A stretch of 64,000 nt of DNA, from assembly GCA_002269645.1 (NCBI GenBank), contig NIVC01001750.1, forward strand, positions 1 to 64,000, read 5' to 3'. The stretch is from Macrostomum lignano (taxonomy: Eukaryota). Of the stretch, positions 1-12,756 are shown one piece after another. The notes under the pieces were generated by a model, which was not told the DNA's origin, did not search any database, and saw only the letters and a list, made by a program, of their open reading frames with translations. Within the stretch, counting starts at the first letter, position 1; each line of letters starts with the position of its first letter. The position numbers and the translations under genes were made by a program.

Positions 1-882
1 GCTTTCTGTAATAGTCCAAGTTTTCTAAGTAACGAATAGAAAAAAAGTACAGAATGTACTGAAAAGAAAAACATTTTCTGCCTAACTCTGTTTCCGTGCG
101 TGCGTAAAAGGGCGTGTCCTCACGCCGGTCTCATTCAATCCATTAATTGTGCAACTACACGCATATTGATCGATTATTTGGCCCGCCGTGTCAGCGGCTC
201 ATAGTTTTACATTGGTGCCAAGTTCATGGGTTTTAATGATGGGTACACTGGCATTGACTGATGGGGCTTCACACTGAGAAGGCGGATGCTGGGCAGTTTG
301 GGGTGATGGGGCAGAACGAGTAAGATTCGATGAATAATCTGTATGGATTATGATTTGATTCTAATAGCTAATTCGAGATTGTGAGACAGGTGAGACACGT
401 GAGATTAGACAAATAAAAAAGGTGAGATAGATGAGATTAGATAGATAAGAAAGGTGAAACAGGTGAGATTAGATAACAAAGAAAATTTAGACAGGTGAGA
501 TAAGATGCAAAAATTTGCAAAATAATATTACGTCTGTACGATCTAGATTTTATGCTTCTTTCCTGATAGAGCGAATTAGTGCTAGTTGCTACCTCCCTTT
601 CTGTCTAATCCGGGCCTGTCTCTCTATCTGAGGCAAATGCCTTTTCAGCCTTCAGCTTTAAGGATGAAGCCAAACTAGCATTAAGACAGTGTGGATTCAC
701 AGGGGATTAAGCAGACCGGAATGATGAGGCTTGTGCAAGTCCAGAGGATAGACACGGATGAGTTGGCCAGCTCCTGCTAACTAATTACGGCTGCGATGTG
801 ACCGCCGAGGTGATAAAATGATGCACCAAGAAAGGGGAAAAGGAATGCAAAAGGTTCGACAGTAAAAGGAAGGAGAGAAACA

Positions 883-2280
883 CACAGAGAGAGGTGAGAG
901 AAACTCACAGAGAGAGGTGAGAGAAACACACAGAGAGAGGAGAGAGAAACACATAGAGAGAGGTGAGAGAAACACACAGAGAGAGGTGAGAGAAACTCAC
1001 AGAGAGAGGTGAGAGAAACACACAGAGAGAGGTGAGAGAAACTCACAGAGAGAGGTGAGAGAAACTCACAGAGAGAGGTGAGAGAAACACACAGAGAGAG
1101 GAGAGAGAAACTCACAGAGAGAGGTGAGAGAAACACATAGAGAGAGGAGAGAGAAACTCACAGAGTGAGGTGAGAGAAACTCACAGAGAGAGGTGAGAGA
1201 AACTCACAGAGTGAGGTGAGAGAAACTCACAGAGTGAGGTGAGAGAAACACACAGAGAGAGGTGAGAGAAACTCACAGAGAGAGGTGAGAGAAACACACA
1301 GAAAGAGGTGAGAGAAACTCACAGAGTGAGGTGAGAGAAACTCACAGAGTGAGGTGAGAGAAACACACAGAGAGAGGTGAGAGAAACACACAGAGAGAGG
1401 TGAGAGAAACACACAGAGAGAGGTGAGAGAAACACACAGAGAGAGGTGAGAGAAACACACAGAGAGAGGTGAGAGAAACTCACAGAGAGAGGTGAGAGAA
1501 ACACACAGAGAGAGGTGAGAGAAACACACAGAGAGAGGTGAGAGAAACTCACAGAGAGAGGTGAGAGAAACACACAGAGAGAGGTGAGAGAAACACACAG
1601 AGAGAGGTGAGAGAAACTCACAGAGAGAGGTGAGAGAAACTCACAGAGAGAGGTGAGAGAAACACACAGAGAGAGGTGAGAGAAACACACAGAGAGAGGT
1701 GAGAGAAACACACAGAGAGAGGTGAGAGAAACTCACAGAGAGAGGTGAGAGAAACACACAGAGAGAGGTGAGAGAAACTCACAGAGTGAGGTGAGAGAAA
1801 CTCACAGAGAGAGGTGAGAGAAACTCACAGAGTGAGGTGAGAGAAACTCACAGAGTGAGGTGAGAGAAACACACAGAGAGAGGTGAGAGAAACTCACAGA
1901 GAGAGGTGAGAGAAACACACAGAAAGAGGTGAGAGAAACTCACAGAGTGAGGTGAGAGAAACTCACAGAGTGAGGTGAGAGAAACACACACAGAGAGGAG
2001 AGAGAAACACACAGAGAGAGGTGAGAGAAACACACAGAGAGAGGAGAGAGAAACACACAGAGAGAGGTGAGAGAAACACACAGAGAGAGGTGAGAGAAAC
2101 ACACAGAGAGAGGAGAGAGAAACACACAGAGAGAGGTGAGAGAAACTCACAGAGAGAGGTGAGAGAAACACACAGAGAGAGGTGAGAGAAACACACAGAG
2201 AGAGGTGAGAGAAACACACAGAGAGAGGTGAGAGAAACACACAGAGTGAGGTGAGACAAACACAGAGTGAGGTGAGTAAA
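883..2280. repeat. 23-bp minisatellite (GAGAGAAACACACAGAGAGAGGT), about 60 units
   Basis: Period 23 read directly. Confidence 0.95.
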
Positions 2281-2564
2281 CACTCACGTGTTTAAGGGAA
2301 TGTGTTGCGAGCTGTCAGAAACGTCAAGAAAGTTCTGCCACTTCGGAAACAAGAATTTCTAGCGCTGCCAGAGCCTCAACAAGCTGAGACATTTAGAAAG
2401 CAAGGTTAATTTTATTAATTGCGTGACAGAGTTCATGCCAGACATTTCTGAGAGACAGCTTCCTGAGACGGGAAGCTTGATTTCTTATCAATAATTTATG
2501 TTCAGTGAACAACTCAATGCAATTGAAAGGCTTGGCACTAATTTAGCACGCAGCTATTACTCAC

Positions 2565-5500
2565 CATAAATCCTTCATGGAGATGAAGCTGGCAGATTTG
2601 AGCGTTTCGGCGATTAAATCAATCACTGTCCACAGGTCCGAGCAGTAACGCCTCTCTGTCTCCACGATTTCTTGGCAGATTCTGCGCCTCTTATCTGTAA
2701 AAGTACACGAGGGTTCGGCGGTTAATGAGACTTGCAAAAGATTCAGAGGTCAGCGCCTTCATTTTGAAGTTTGATGCGGTTTTTTTAGGGTCAATGTCAG
2801 TCAATACTGCAGTGTGACATTGTGAGATCAGTTTCAGTCAATACAGTGTGACATTGTGAGATCAGTTTCAGTCAATACAGTGTGACATTGTGAGATCAGT
2901 TTCAGTCAATACAGTGTGACAATCTGAGGTCAGTTTCAGTCAATACAGTGTGACAATCTGAGGTCAATGTCAGCCAATACAGTGTGACATTGTGAGGTCA
3001 GTTTCAGGTCAACACAGTGTGACATTCTGACACTGACATTACAGTGTCCAATTCTAACAGACTGGCACAAAAGTCTCACCCGAAAGCTGCTGGGACACCT
3101 TCTGCTTCTGGTGCTGCTCCCCAGTCGTGCCACTGATGATGCTGCCTCCGTTTGAGCACTCGGACAGCCTGTCCGTGAGATCCTGCAGTTGAGATCGATA
3201 GATACTAAGTAGAGCATATACCCAATCTGAGTAGACTATACTCAACCTGAGTAGACTATACTCAACCTGAGTAGACTATACTCAACCTGAGTAGACTATA
3301 CTCAACCTGAGTAGACTATACTCAATCTGAGTAGACTATACTCAACCTGAGTAGACTATACTCAACCTGAGTAGACTATACTCAACCTGAGTAGACTATA
3401 CTCAATCTGAGTAGACTATACTCAATCTGAGTAGACTATACTCAATCTGAGTAGACTATACTCAATCTGAGTAGACTACATTCCCAAAGTCATTTCTCAC
3501 CTCCTCATCTCCCTGCCGATGTTCAGCATCGAATCGACAGTCAGGCGAGCAGCCACCGGTGACCTGCTGAGCCGCCAGAGCCCGCGACATCCTCAAAGTT
3601 TTCTCGGCCACCACGTGACCAGAGCTTGTAGCTAGAAAATTTATTTCCAGTTACAGAATAATATTGTTAATCCAGTTAAATACATATAGTCCAGATTTCA
3701 GTTTGGTTCTCAAAGTTTAGAAAGTACAAGCTGGATACAAAGCAGAGAGGAGTTGCTGAATGGGAACAGGAGGTGTAGCAAAGGAGAAGAGGTCAGCTTG
3801 AGGACACGGGAGAGGGGTGGCTGGGCCAAACTTGCACAAGAGAAGATTCTGTAGGACTTCGGATTGGAGGAGCCAGAGAGGCTCTCAGTGATTGCCTTTG
3901 GCCCATACTCTGCTTTGGCGTGCCGCGTACAGACGGACCTCGGCAGGTCCAGCGCTTCCTTTAGCGCAGCTTTTTAGAGCGTGCGTGCACTTTGCACTGA
4001 TCCATCGATTGGAATTAATCGAATCTGACAGATGCTCAAGGAGCGAGAGTGTTAATAAGAGGAGCGAGGGCAGTAAGTGAGATTCTGATGAAGTAGGAAT
4101 GGAGTCTGCAACTGGTCAAAGGGGATTAGAATGTGATTTGGGAGAGGGGGGCAGAGAAAGGATGAGAGGGAGAGGTGGGAGAATAGGGGAGAGATGAGAG
4201 GGAGAGGTGGGAGAATAGGGGAGAGATGAGAGGGAGAGGTGGGAGAATAGGGGAGAGATGAGAGGTGGGAGAATAGGGGAGAGATGAGAGGGACAGATTG
4301 GAGAATAGGGGACAGATGAGAGGGAGAGGTGGGAGAATAGGGGACAGATGAGAGGGACAGATGGGAAAATAGGGGAGAGATGAGAGGGACAGATGGGAGA
4401 ATAGGGGAGAGATGAGAGGGACAGATGGGAGAATAGGGAGAGATGAGAGGGACAGATGGGAGAATAGGGGAGAGATGAGAGGACAGATGGGAGAATAGGG
4501 GAGAGATGAGAGGTGGGAGAATAGGGGAGAGATGAGAGGTGGGAGAATAGGGGAGAGATGAGAGGGAGATGTGGGAGAATAGGGGAGATATGAGAGGGAG
4601 AGGTGGGAGAATAGGGGAGAGATGAGAGGGAGAGGTGGGAGAATAGGGGAGAGATGAGAGGTGGGAGAATAGGGGAGAGATGAGAGGGAGAGGTGGGAGA
4701 ATAGGGGAGAGATGAGAGGTGGGAGAATAGAGAAGAGATGAGAGGGAGATGTGGGAGAATAGGGGAGAGATGAGAGGGAGATGTGGGAGAATAGGGGAGA
4801 GATGAGAGGTGGGAGAATAGGGGAGAGATGAGAGGTGGGAGAATAGGGGAGAGATGAGAGGGAGATGTGGGAGAATAGGGGAGATATGAGAGGGAGAGGT
4901 GGGAGAATAGGGGAGAGATGAGAGGGAGAGGTGGGAGAATAGGGGAGAGATGAGAGGGAGAGGTGGGAGAATAGGGGAGAGATGAGAGGGAGAGGTGGGA
5001 GAATAGGGAAGAGATGAGAGGGAGATGTGGGATAATAGGGGAGAGATGAGAGTTGGGAGAATAGGGGAGAGATGAGAGGTGGGAGAATAGGGGAGAGATG
5101 AGAGGGAGAGGTGGGAGAATAGGGGAGAGATGAGAGGTGGGAGAATAGGGAAGAGATGAGAGGGAGATGTGGGAGAATAGGGGAGAGATGAGAGGGAGAT
5201 GTGGGAGAATAGGGGAGAGATGAGAGGTGGGAGAATAGGGGAGAGATGAGAGGTGGGAGAATAGGGAGAGATGAGAGGTGGGAGAATAGGGAGAGATGAG
5301 AGGTGGGAGAATAGGGGAGAGATGAGAGGTGGGAGAATAGGGGAGAGATGAGAGGTGGGAGAATAGGGGAGAGATGAGAGGTGGGAGAATAGGGGAGAGA
5401 TGAGAGTTGGGAGAATAGGGGAGAGATGAGAGTTGGGAGAATAGGGGAGAGATGAGAGGTGGGAGAATAGGGGAGAGATGAGAGTTGGGAGAATAGGGGA

Positions 5501-8500
5501 GAGATGAGAGGTGGGAGAACAGGGGAGAGATGAGAGGTGGGAGAACAGGGGAGAGATGAGAGTTGGAGAATAGGGGAGAGATGAGAGGTGGGAGAATAGG
5601 GGAGAGATGAGAGGTGGGAGAATAGGACGTTGGACAAAAGCGGTTAAATTCGGTTTCCCACCAGATCTGCCGCTGGGGCCGCTGCAGTAAAATTTCTTTC
5701 AGTTTCTATCGAAGGAAATGGAGCCCAAACCTCCCACAGCCTTCGAATGTCGTAGTTTATTTTCCAGAATTTTTTCTGATTTTATCGAATATGGCTAGCG
5801 ATGGGGAAAATGTCGAAAATGTCACACCGGGATGGCGGCTGGGACCTTGATAGTTTATTTTCGTTCTAACCTGTACGACTTGGCTTGTGTGGAAAATCAA
5901 AATTGCATTGGGATCTGGGCTAATCTCTTGCCGAAATGAATGGAATGTTGGACAATATATGCCAGGGATAAAGATTGGAGACGCTATGTGGCTTCAGTTA
6001 GTAAAGTTTTATAACGGTTTAATCTTCATCTAGATAAAACGTTAGATTGCTATAGTTGTTGAAAATAAAAAAACTGATTGCTGTTGAAATTTAGGAGAGT
6101 GAGGGTGGACACAATACATGAGAGTGGAGGATAGAGAGGTAGAGACGGAGAGAGAAGTGTTCGGAGGATTCGTTAGGGGCAGAGAGAGGTAGAGGGTAAG
6201 GATTTAGAGAGGGGGTGGAGGGTAAAGAGGGGATGGAGAATAGAGAAAGAATGGAGGGTAGAGAGGGATGGAGAGTAGAGAGGGGATGGAGGGTAGAGAG
6301 GGGATGGAGGGTAGAGAGGGAATGGAGGGTAGAGAGGGGATGGAGGGTAGAGAGGGGATGGAGGGTAGAGAGGGGATGGAGTGTAGAGATCCCACTTACT
6401 GGGTCCTTGAGAATCGCAGCAGCTTGCTGGAAGAAAGTTATCGTTGCCATGGAAACAGGATGGCGTGCAGGTGCCTGGCCGGCCGCTGTCCGGACTGAGA
6501 GGAGTCGGACAGCTGTAGGGATTTGAGAGCAGCGGTGTCTGGCAGGCGGCGCTGGTGATGAGGGAAAATTGATATTAGGAGAATGAATAGAAGGTGAGAT
6601 GAAATGTAAATATGAACTGTTTGAACTTTTAACACTACGAGTATGACCTCCATGAGCGCTATGACCACTATGACCTCCATGAAAACTATGATCACTAAGA
6701 CCACTGTGACCACTATGACTGCTATACCTCCATGACCACTATGACCACCATGACCACTATGACCACTATGACCACTATGACCACTATGACCACTATGATC
6801 ACTATGACCACTATGACCAACATGACCACTATGACCACTATGACCAATATGACCACCATGACCACTATGACCAGACTATTGTGACCTACACGCAGCTCGT
6901 ATAAGACCTCTAAGTCTAGTTTCCATCCCTATGATCTCTATAATCTGTATAGTTGCAGTGACAAAACCTTCATAACCTTCGTGACAAGCTCTCACCTTTC
7001 CCTCTCCATCACCGGCTGCTTCTCCAGCTTCTCCTGCTGCTCCGACTGAACCCGATCCAGCCGATCAACCTGACCTTCCAGCCTCCGCTGATGCAGCTCA
7101 AGCGATTCAACTCGAGTGAGAACGCTGGACAGCTGCTCCTGCAACAGAGACAACAGCAGCTGTGACAGCAGAACTATTCGTGCGAAACACCATAGTAGAA
7201 AAGTGGCTAAACTATCTGACAAGTCAGGCATTGGTTGACAGCTCGAAATATTGATTGGTAATATAGAAAATACAAACTATATAGTAGCATACAGTGTATG
7301 TGTGCTATTGATTTATAAACTTCTATGCATTCAATCCAGCATCCAATTATATAGAGGTGAATAGGAAAGTTCCGGCAGCAGGTAATTGGAAAGCTCTCCA
7401 TCCCATCCAGTATGAATTATCCAGATTTGGGGATTTGGGGAATAGGGGATAGAGGTGCTGGTTACTATTTGTGTGTGTGTGCGTGTGTGTTCCAGCGATT
7501 TAACCATTTACGTGACAGAAATGTGGAATAAAGTACATTTTTGTTGGAAGGAAAGGGGAGATAAAGAGGGAGAGAGGGAGAGATGGAGAGGGGGAGAGGA
7601 GAGGGAGAGAGGGAAAAGGAGAGAGGGAAAGGGAGAGAGGGAAAGGGAGAGAGGGAAAGGGAGAGAGGGAAAGGGAGAGAGGGAAAGGGAGAGAGGGAAA
7701 GGGAGAGAGGGAAAGGGAGAGAGGGAAAGGGAGAGAGGGAAAGGGAGAGAGGGAAAGGGAGAGAGGGAAAGGGAGAGAGGGAAAGGGAGAGAGGGAAAGG
7801 GAGAGAGGGAAAGGGAGAGAGGGAGAGGGAGAGGAGAGAGGGAAAGGGAGAGAGGGAAAGGGAGAGAGGGAAAGGGAGAGAGGGAAAGGGAGAGAGGGAA
7901 AGGGAGAGAGGGAGAGGGAGAGGGAGAGAGGGAAAGGGAGAGAGGGAAAGGGAGAGAGGGAAAGGGAGAGAGGGAAAGGGAGAGAGGGAGAGGGAGAGGG
8001 AGAGAGGGAAAGGGAGAGAGGGAAAGGGAGAGAGGGAAAGGGAGAGAGGGAGAGGGAGAGAGTGAGAGAGTGAGAGAGGGCGAGAAGTGGTGAGGGAGAA
8101 AAGGCGAGAGAGGGGAGATAGGAGAAAGAGAGAGAGGGGGAGAGAGAGAAGGGAAAAGAGGCAGAGATGAGAAGTGCAGAGACGCAGAGGTGACAAATAA
8201 GGAATGCGAGCCCAACACTGCAGATCATATGAACTCCCAGATTCCTCATGTATGTCTAACACGCTAAAATGGGAAATCTACTTTAGTGTAAGCTCGTGCA
8301 TGCAGTTGCAGTATTAAAATTTAATAAATATAACTCCAGCATAAGATCGCGAACGCACCCGCATCTGATTGACAGCCGTCTGAAGTGCCTCCATCTTCTG
8401 GCTCGTAGCCGCTTCGGTGCCGTTCAATCGCCTTTGAAACTCTTCATCCTGATGCTGGATGCTGGACAGCTGCTTCATCGCCTCGGCGAATCCGTCTTTG

Positions 8501-8649
8501 ACATCTTCAACTAGCAGGGACAGATTGTCTAGTGAGAAGGCCAGGTCGCTGTCCCGACCAGCTCCTGGCGATGTCGGCGTGACATCCGAGCCTGCGACGC
8601 TGGCACCGCACACCGACGATGACATGCTGCTGTTTGACTTGGCTAGCTT
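2565..8649 (-). CDS. ARHGEF33: ARHGEF33-like Rho guanine nucleotide exchange factor, 5' part (N-terminal coiled coil plus first helix of DH domain); downstream exons not resolved
   Basis: Phase-consistent GT-AG exons 8649-8359, 7138-6996, 6551-6400, 3631-3501, 3182-3080, 2694-2565 (950 nt, open). N-terminal LSLLVEDVKDGFAEAMKQLSSIQHQDEEFQRRL resembles the ARHGEF33 coiled coil (LASELKTGFTEAMQELSRIQH, from memory). KRRRICQEIVETERRYCSDLWTVIDL is a DH alpha-1 motif. Candidate start ATG at 8625. Confidence 0.65.
2797..3050. repeat. 34-bp minisatellite (CAGTCAATACAGTGTGACATTGTGAGATCAGTTT)
   Basis: Period 34, about 7 degenerate units. Confidence 0.85.
3225..3478. repeat. 20-bp minisatellite (TGAGTAGACTATACTCAACC)
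   Basis: Period 20, about 12 units. Confidence 0.95.
4150..5625. repeat. 26/31-bp purine-rich minisatellite (GGGAGAATAGGGGAGAGATGAGAGGT)
   Basis: Direct periodicity; explains the 503-aa artefact ORF. Confidence 0.95.
6200..6870. repeat. 18-bp (GGATGGAGGGTAGAGAGG, 6200-6390) and 9-bp (ATGACCACT, about 6700-6870) repeats flanking a RhoGEF exon
   Basis: Direct periodicity. Confidence 0.85.
7555..8160. repeat. 14-bp polypurine repeat (GGGAAAGGGAGAGA)
   Basis: Direct periodicity. Confidence 0.95.
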
Positions 8650-9214
8650 CTAGAAGAGGATAGCAGAAAGTCTGCCAAGAAAACCAGCAGAAAACTTATA
8701 CCAGAAAAGCAAGGGTCAGTCAAGGCCACACTTATATTTTGTATCTTGCTTTTTTGGTCTTTCAGTCTATTGTGCCCCAAATTTGGTTTGGTTGGTTGAG
8801 AAAAGAAGAAAAAAACTGGCTACCTGTAACTTCATATTGTCGGCTGCTATTGAGCTATATAGGACCGCAGCAACGTGTGCTTCGTAGGTTTGCCACTAAA
8901 TTCTCTGAAACAGTACGAGATACTGGCTTGGAAGGGTGCTGCTTGGTCTCACAGATCTGCTGAGACTGCAGGGCAACGGGCAAATGTACTCTCTGTGATG
9001 CCTCTGTTTTCTCGCTTTCTCGTTTTCTCATCTCATCTCTACCTTTCTGTCTGTCCCTTTCTCTCTTTTAACGCAGTTTGTTGCACCTGCCGTGAAGCTA
9101 GAGCGTCAATTAGGCTCACTTATTCGCACTGAGTTTGGCGACTATTGGAACACTTATTTAGATGGCAAATTAGCTGCTGTGTTGTTGCGTAGGTGGATGT
9201 GTGTTATTATCAGT

Positions 9215-10428
<1,214 letters not shown>

Positions 10429-10794
10429 CTGTACAACTTTTAAGGCTTATTCTCCAACTCTTGCCATTCTTTCAGGCCACTTGAGTCGTCTGCAGTTCGA
10501 GCTGCCTTAAAACCCTTTCCTCTCGACCACATTGTTTCATTCCTGCGGTCCCCCGCCCGCCTGCACTGCTGTGACGCACCAGTGCGGAAAAGCTGCGAAA
10601 ACAACTGTGGAACAAAACAATGGGACAGACGCTCAGACATTTGCACTACAACAGAAACTTCATGAATAAAATGGCTGAAAGTCTACTGGCCTCTTCTGTT
10701 GACTACAAAAATGTAATGCAATGTGTTACTGCGCTCGTAAAAGTAACAAAAAATTACTTAAAAAATAGTACTGCCAGGATAATTACGATAATAT

Positions 10795-11597
10795 AACGGA
10801 TTGCTAATCTAGCCAATATACACTGATGCAGGAATAGAATGGATTGCTAATCTAGCCAATACACACTGATGCAGGAATAGAATGGATTGCTAATCTAGCC
10901 AATACACACTGATGCAGGAATAGAATGGATTGCTAATCTATCCAATACACACTGATGCAGGAATAGAATGGATTGCTAATCTAGCCAATACACACACTGA
11001 TGCAGGAATAGAATGGATTGCTAATCTAGCCAATACACACTGATGCAGGAATAGAATGGATTGCTAATCTAGCCAATACACACACTGATGCAGGAATAGA
11101 ATGGATTGCTAATCTAGCCAATACACACTGATGCAGGAATAGAATGGATTGCTAATCTAGCCAATACACACACTGATGCAGGAATAGAATGGATTGCTAA
11201 TCTAGCCAATACACACTGATGCAGGAATAGAATGGATTGCTAATCTAGCCAATACACACTGATGCAGGAATAGAATGGATTGCTAATCTAGCCAATACAC
11301 ACTGATGCAGGAATAGAATGGATTGCTAATCTAGCCAATATACACTGATGCAGGAATAGAATGGATTGCTAATCTAGCCAATACACACTGATGCAGGAAT
11401 AGAATGGATTGCTAATCTAGCCAATACACACTGATGCAGGAATAGAATGGATTGCTAATCTAGCCAATACACACTGATGCAGGAATAGAATGGATTGCTA
11501 ATCTAGCCAATATACACTGATGCAGGAATAGAATGGATTGCTAATCTAGCCAATACACACTGATGCAGGAATAGAATGGATTGCTAATCCAGCCAAT
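10795..11597. repeat. 43-bp minisatellite (AATGGATTGCTAATCTAGCCAATACACACTGATGCAGGAATAG)
   Basis: Period 43 (some 45), about 18 units. Confidence 0.95.
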
Positions 11598-12756
11598 CAA
11601 GTTACTTATAATAGGTTTTCCTTACGAGTTCATTACGAGTAGATTAAGAGGGGCACTTACTCAGCGCTTAGATGATACATGACTCTGTTTAGCGGGTAAC
11701 TCATAGAAACTTCTCAGTTAATAAATCGATAACATCGAGACTGCATTGCGAACTTTTTATCAATTCTGTAGGAAATTAATAAATCAATAAAGAGCGACTG
11801 CGCTCTGGACAGTGAGTGGTGAAGCAACGAAACTCTCTAGAGAAATAGTTGAACAGATTGAGTTTCTTGATTAATTAAACCTTGATCCGACAAGGAAGAT
11901 AAAGGGACATGTATATTTATGCATAACTGAGATTACATTGCCGCATTGAAAATACGGGATAAAGACATTGTGAGACTTAGAATGAGATTAAGTGAGATTC
12001 TTGTGTAAGATTGGTTTTGTTATACTAAGCTTCTTTAATGAGATTAGATTAGAAGAGGAGTTGAGATGAGATGTAGTGATATTTTTAAAATGAAATTAGA
12101 TAAGATTTATTAATATTAGACTAGATGTAGTAGGATTAGCTGAGACTTACTGAGATTAGATTAGATGTACTTAGATTAGATGAGATTTACTGAACTTAAG
12201 AACAAATTTACTGATATTAGATGACACTCACTGAGATTATATGACTCTCACTGAGATGAGATGACTCTCACTGAGATTAGATGACACTAACTGAGATTAG
12301 ATGACTCTCACTGAGATAAGATTGCTCTCACTGAGATTACACGAGACTTGTTGAGATTGGATAAGATTTATTGAGATTATATTAGATTATCGAGGTGAGA
12401 TAGCGAAACCAAGGACCACTAGAAGATTACGTTACTTTATTAGTCATTGAATGAGACAAATCTAAATAAGGACTAGAAAGGGACATCGTTACGGAAGTTA
12501 CAGTGGCTACAAAAAAGTAAAAAACATGCTAATTTTGTGACTTTTTATGCATCCATCTTGTCAATGAAAGCAAAAATAAATTTATTTAAACTACCTAAAG
12601 TAGTAAAATAGCAAATATTCAGCAAATAATTTATTTAAATCCGGAAAGAACATATGTACTAATTAAGTTTTTTATTTGACAGCAAAAATGCCCGTTTTTT
12701 TTAACTAAAAAGGTACATTCTTATTGAAATGCTTATTAATACAGATCGCTATCGCT

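Noticed and set aside
5659-5678. Possible 20-nt micro-exon of the RhoGEF
   Set aside because: Exons 6551-6400 and 3631-3501 already join in phase; including it would shift the frame.
10795-11597. CRISPR-like appearance of regular 29-44-bp repeats (also 47820-48205)
   Set aside because: Units are contiguous with no unique spacers, there are no cas genes, and the context is eukaryotic.
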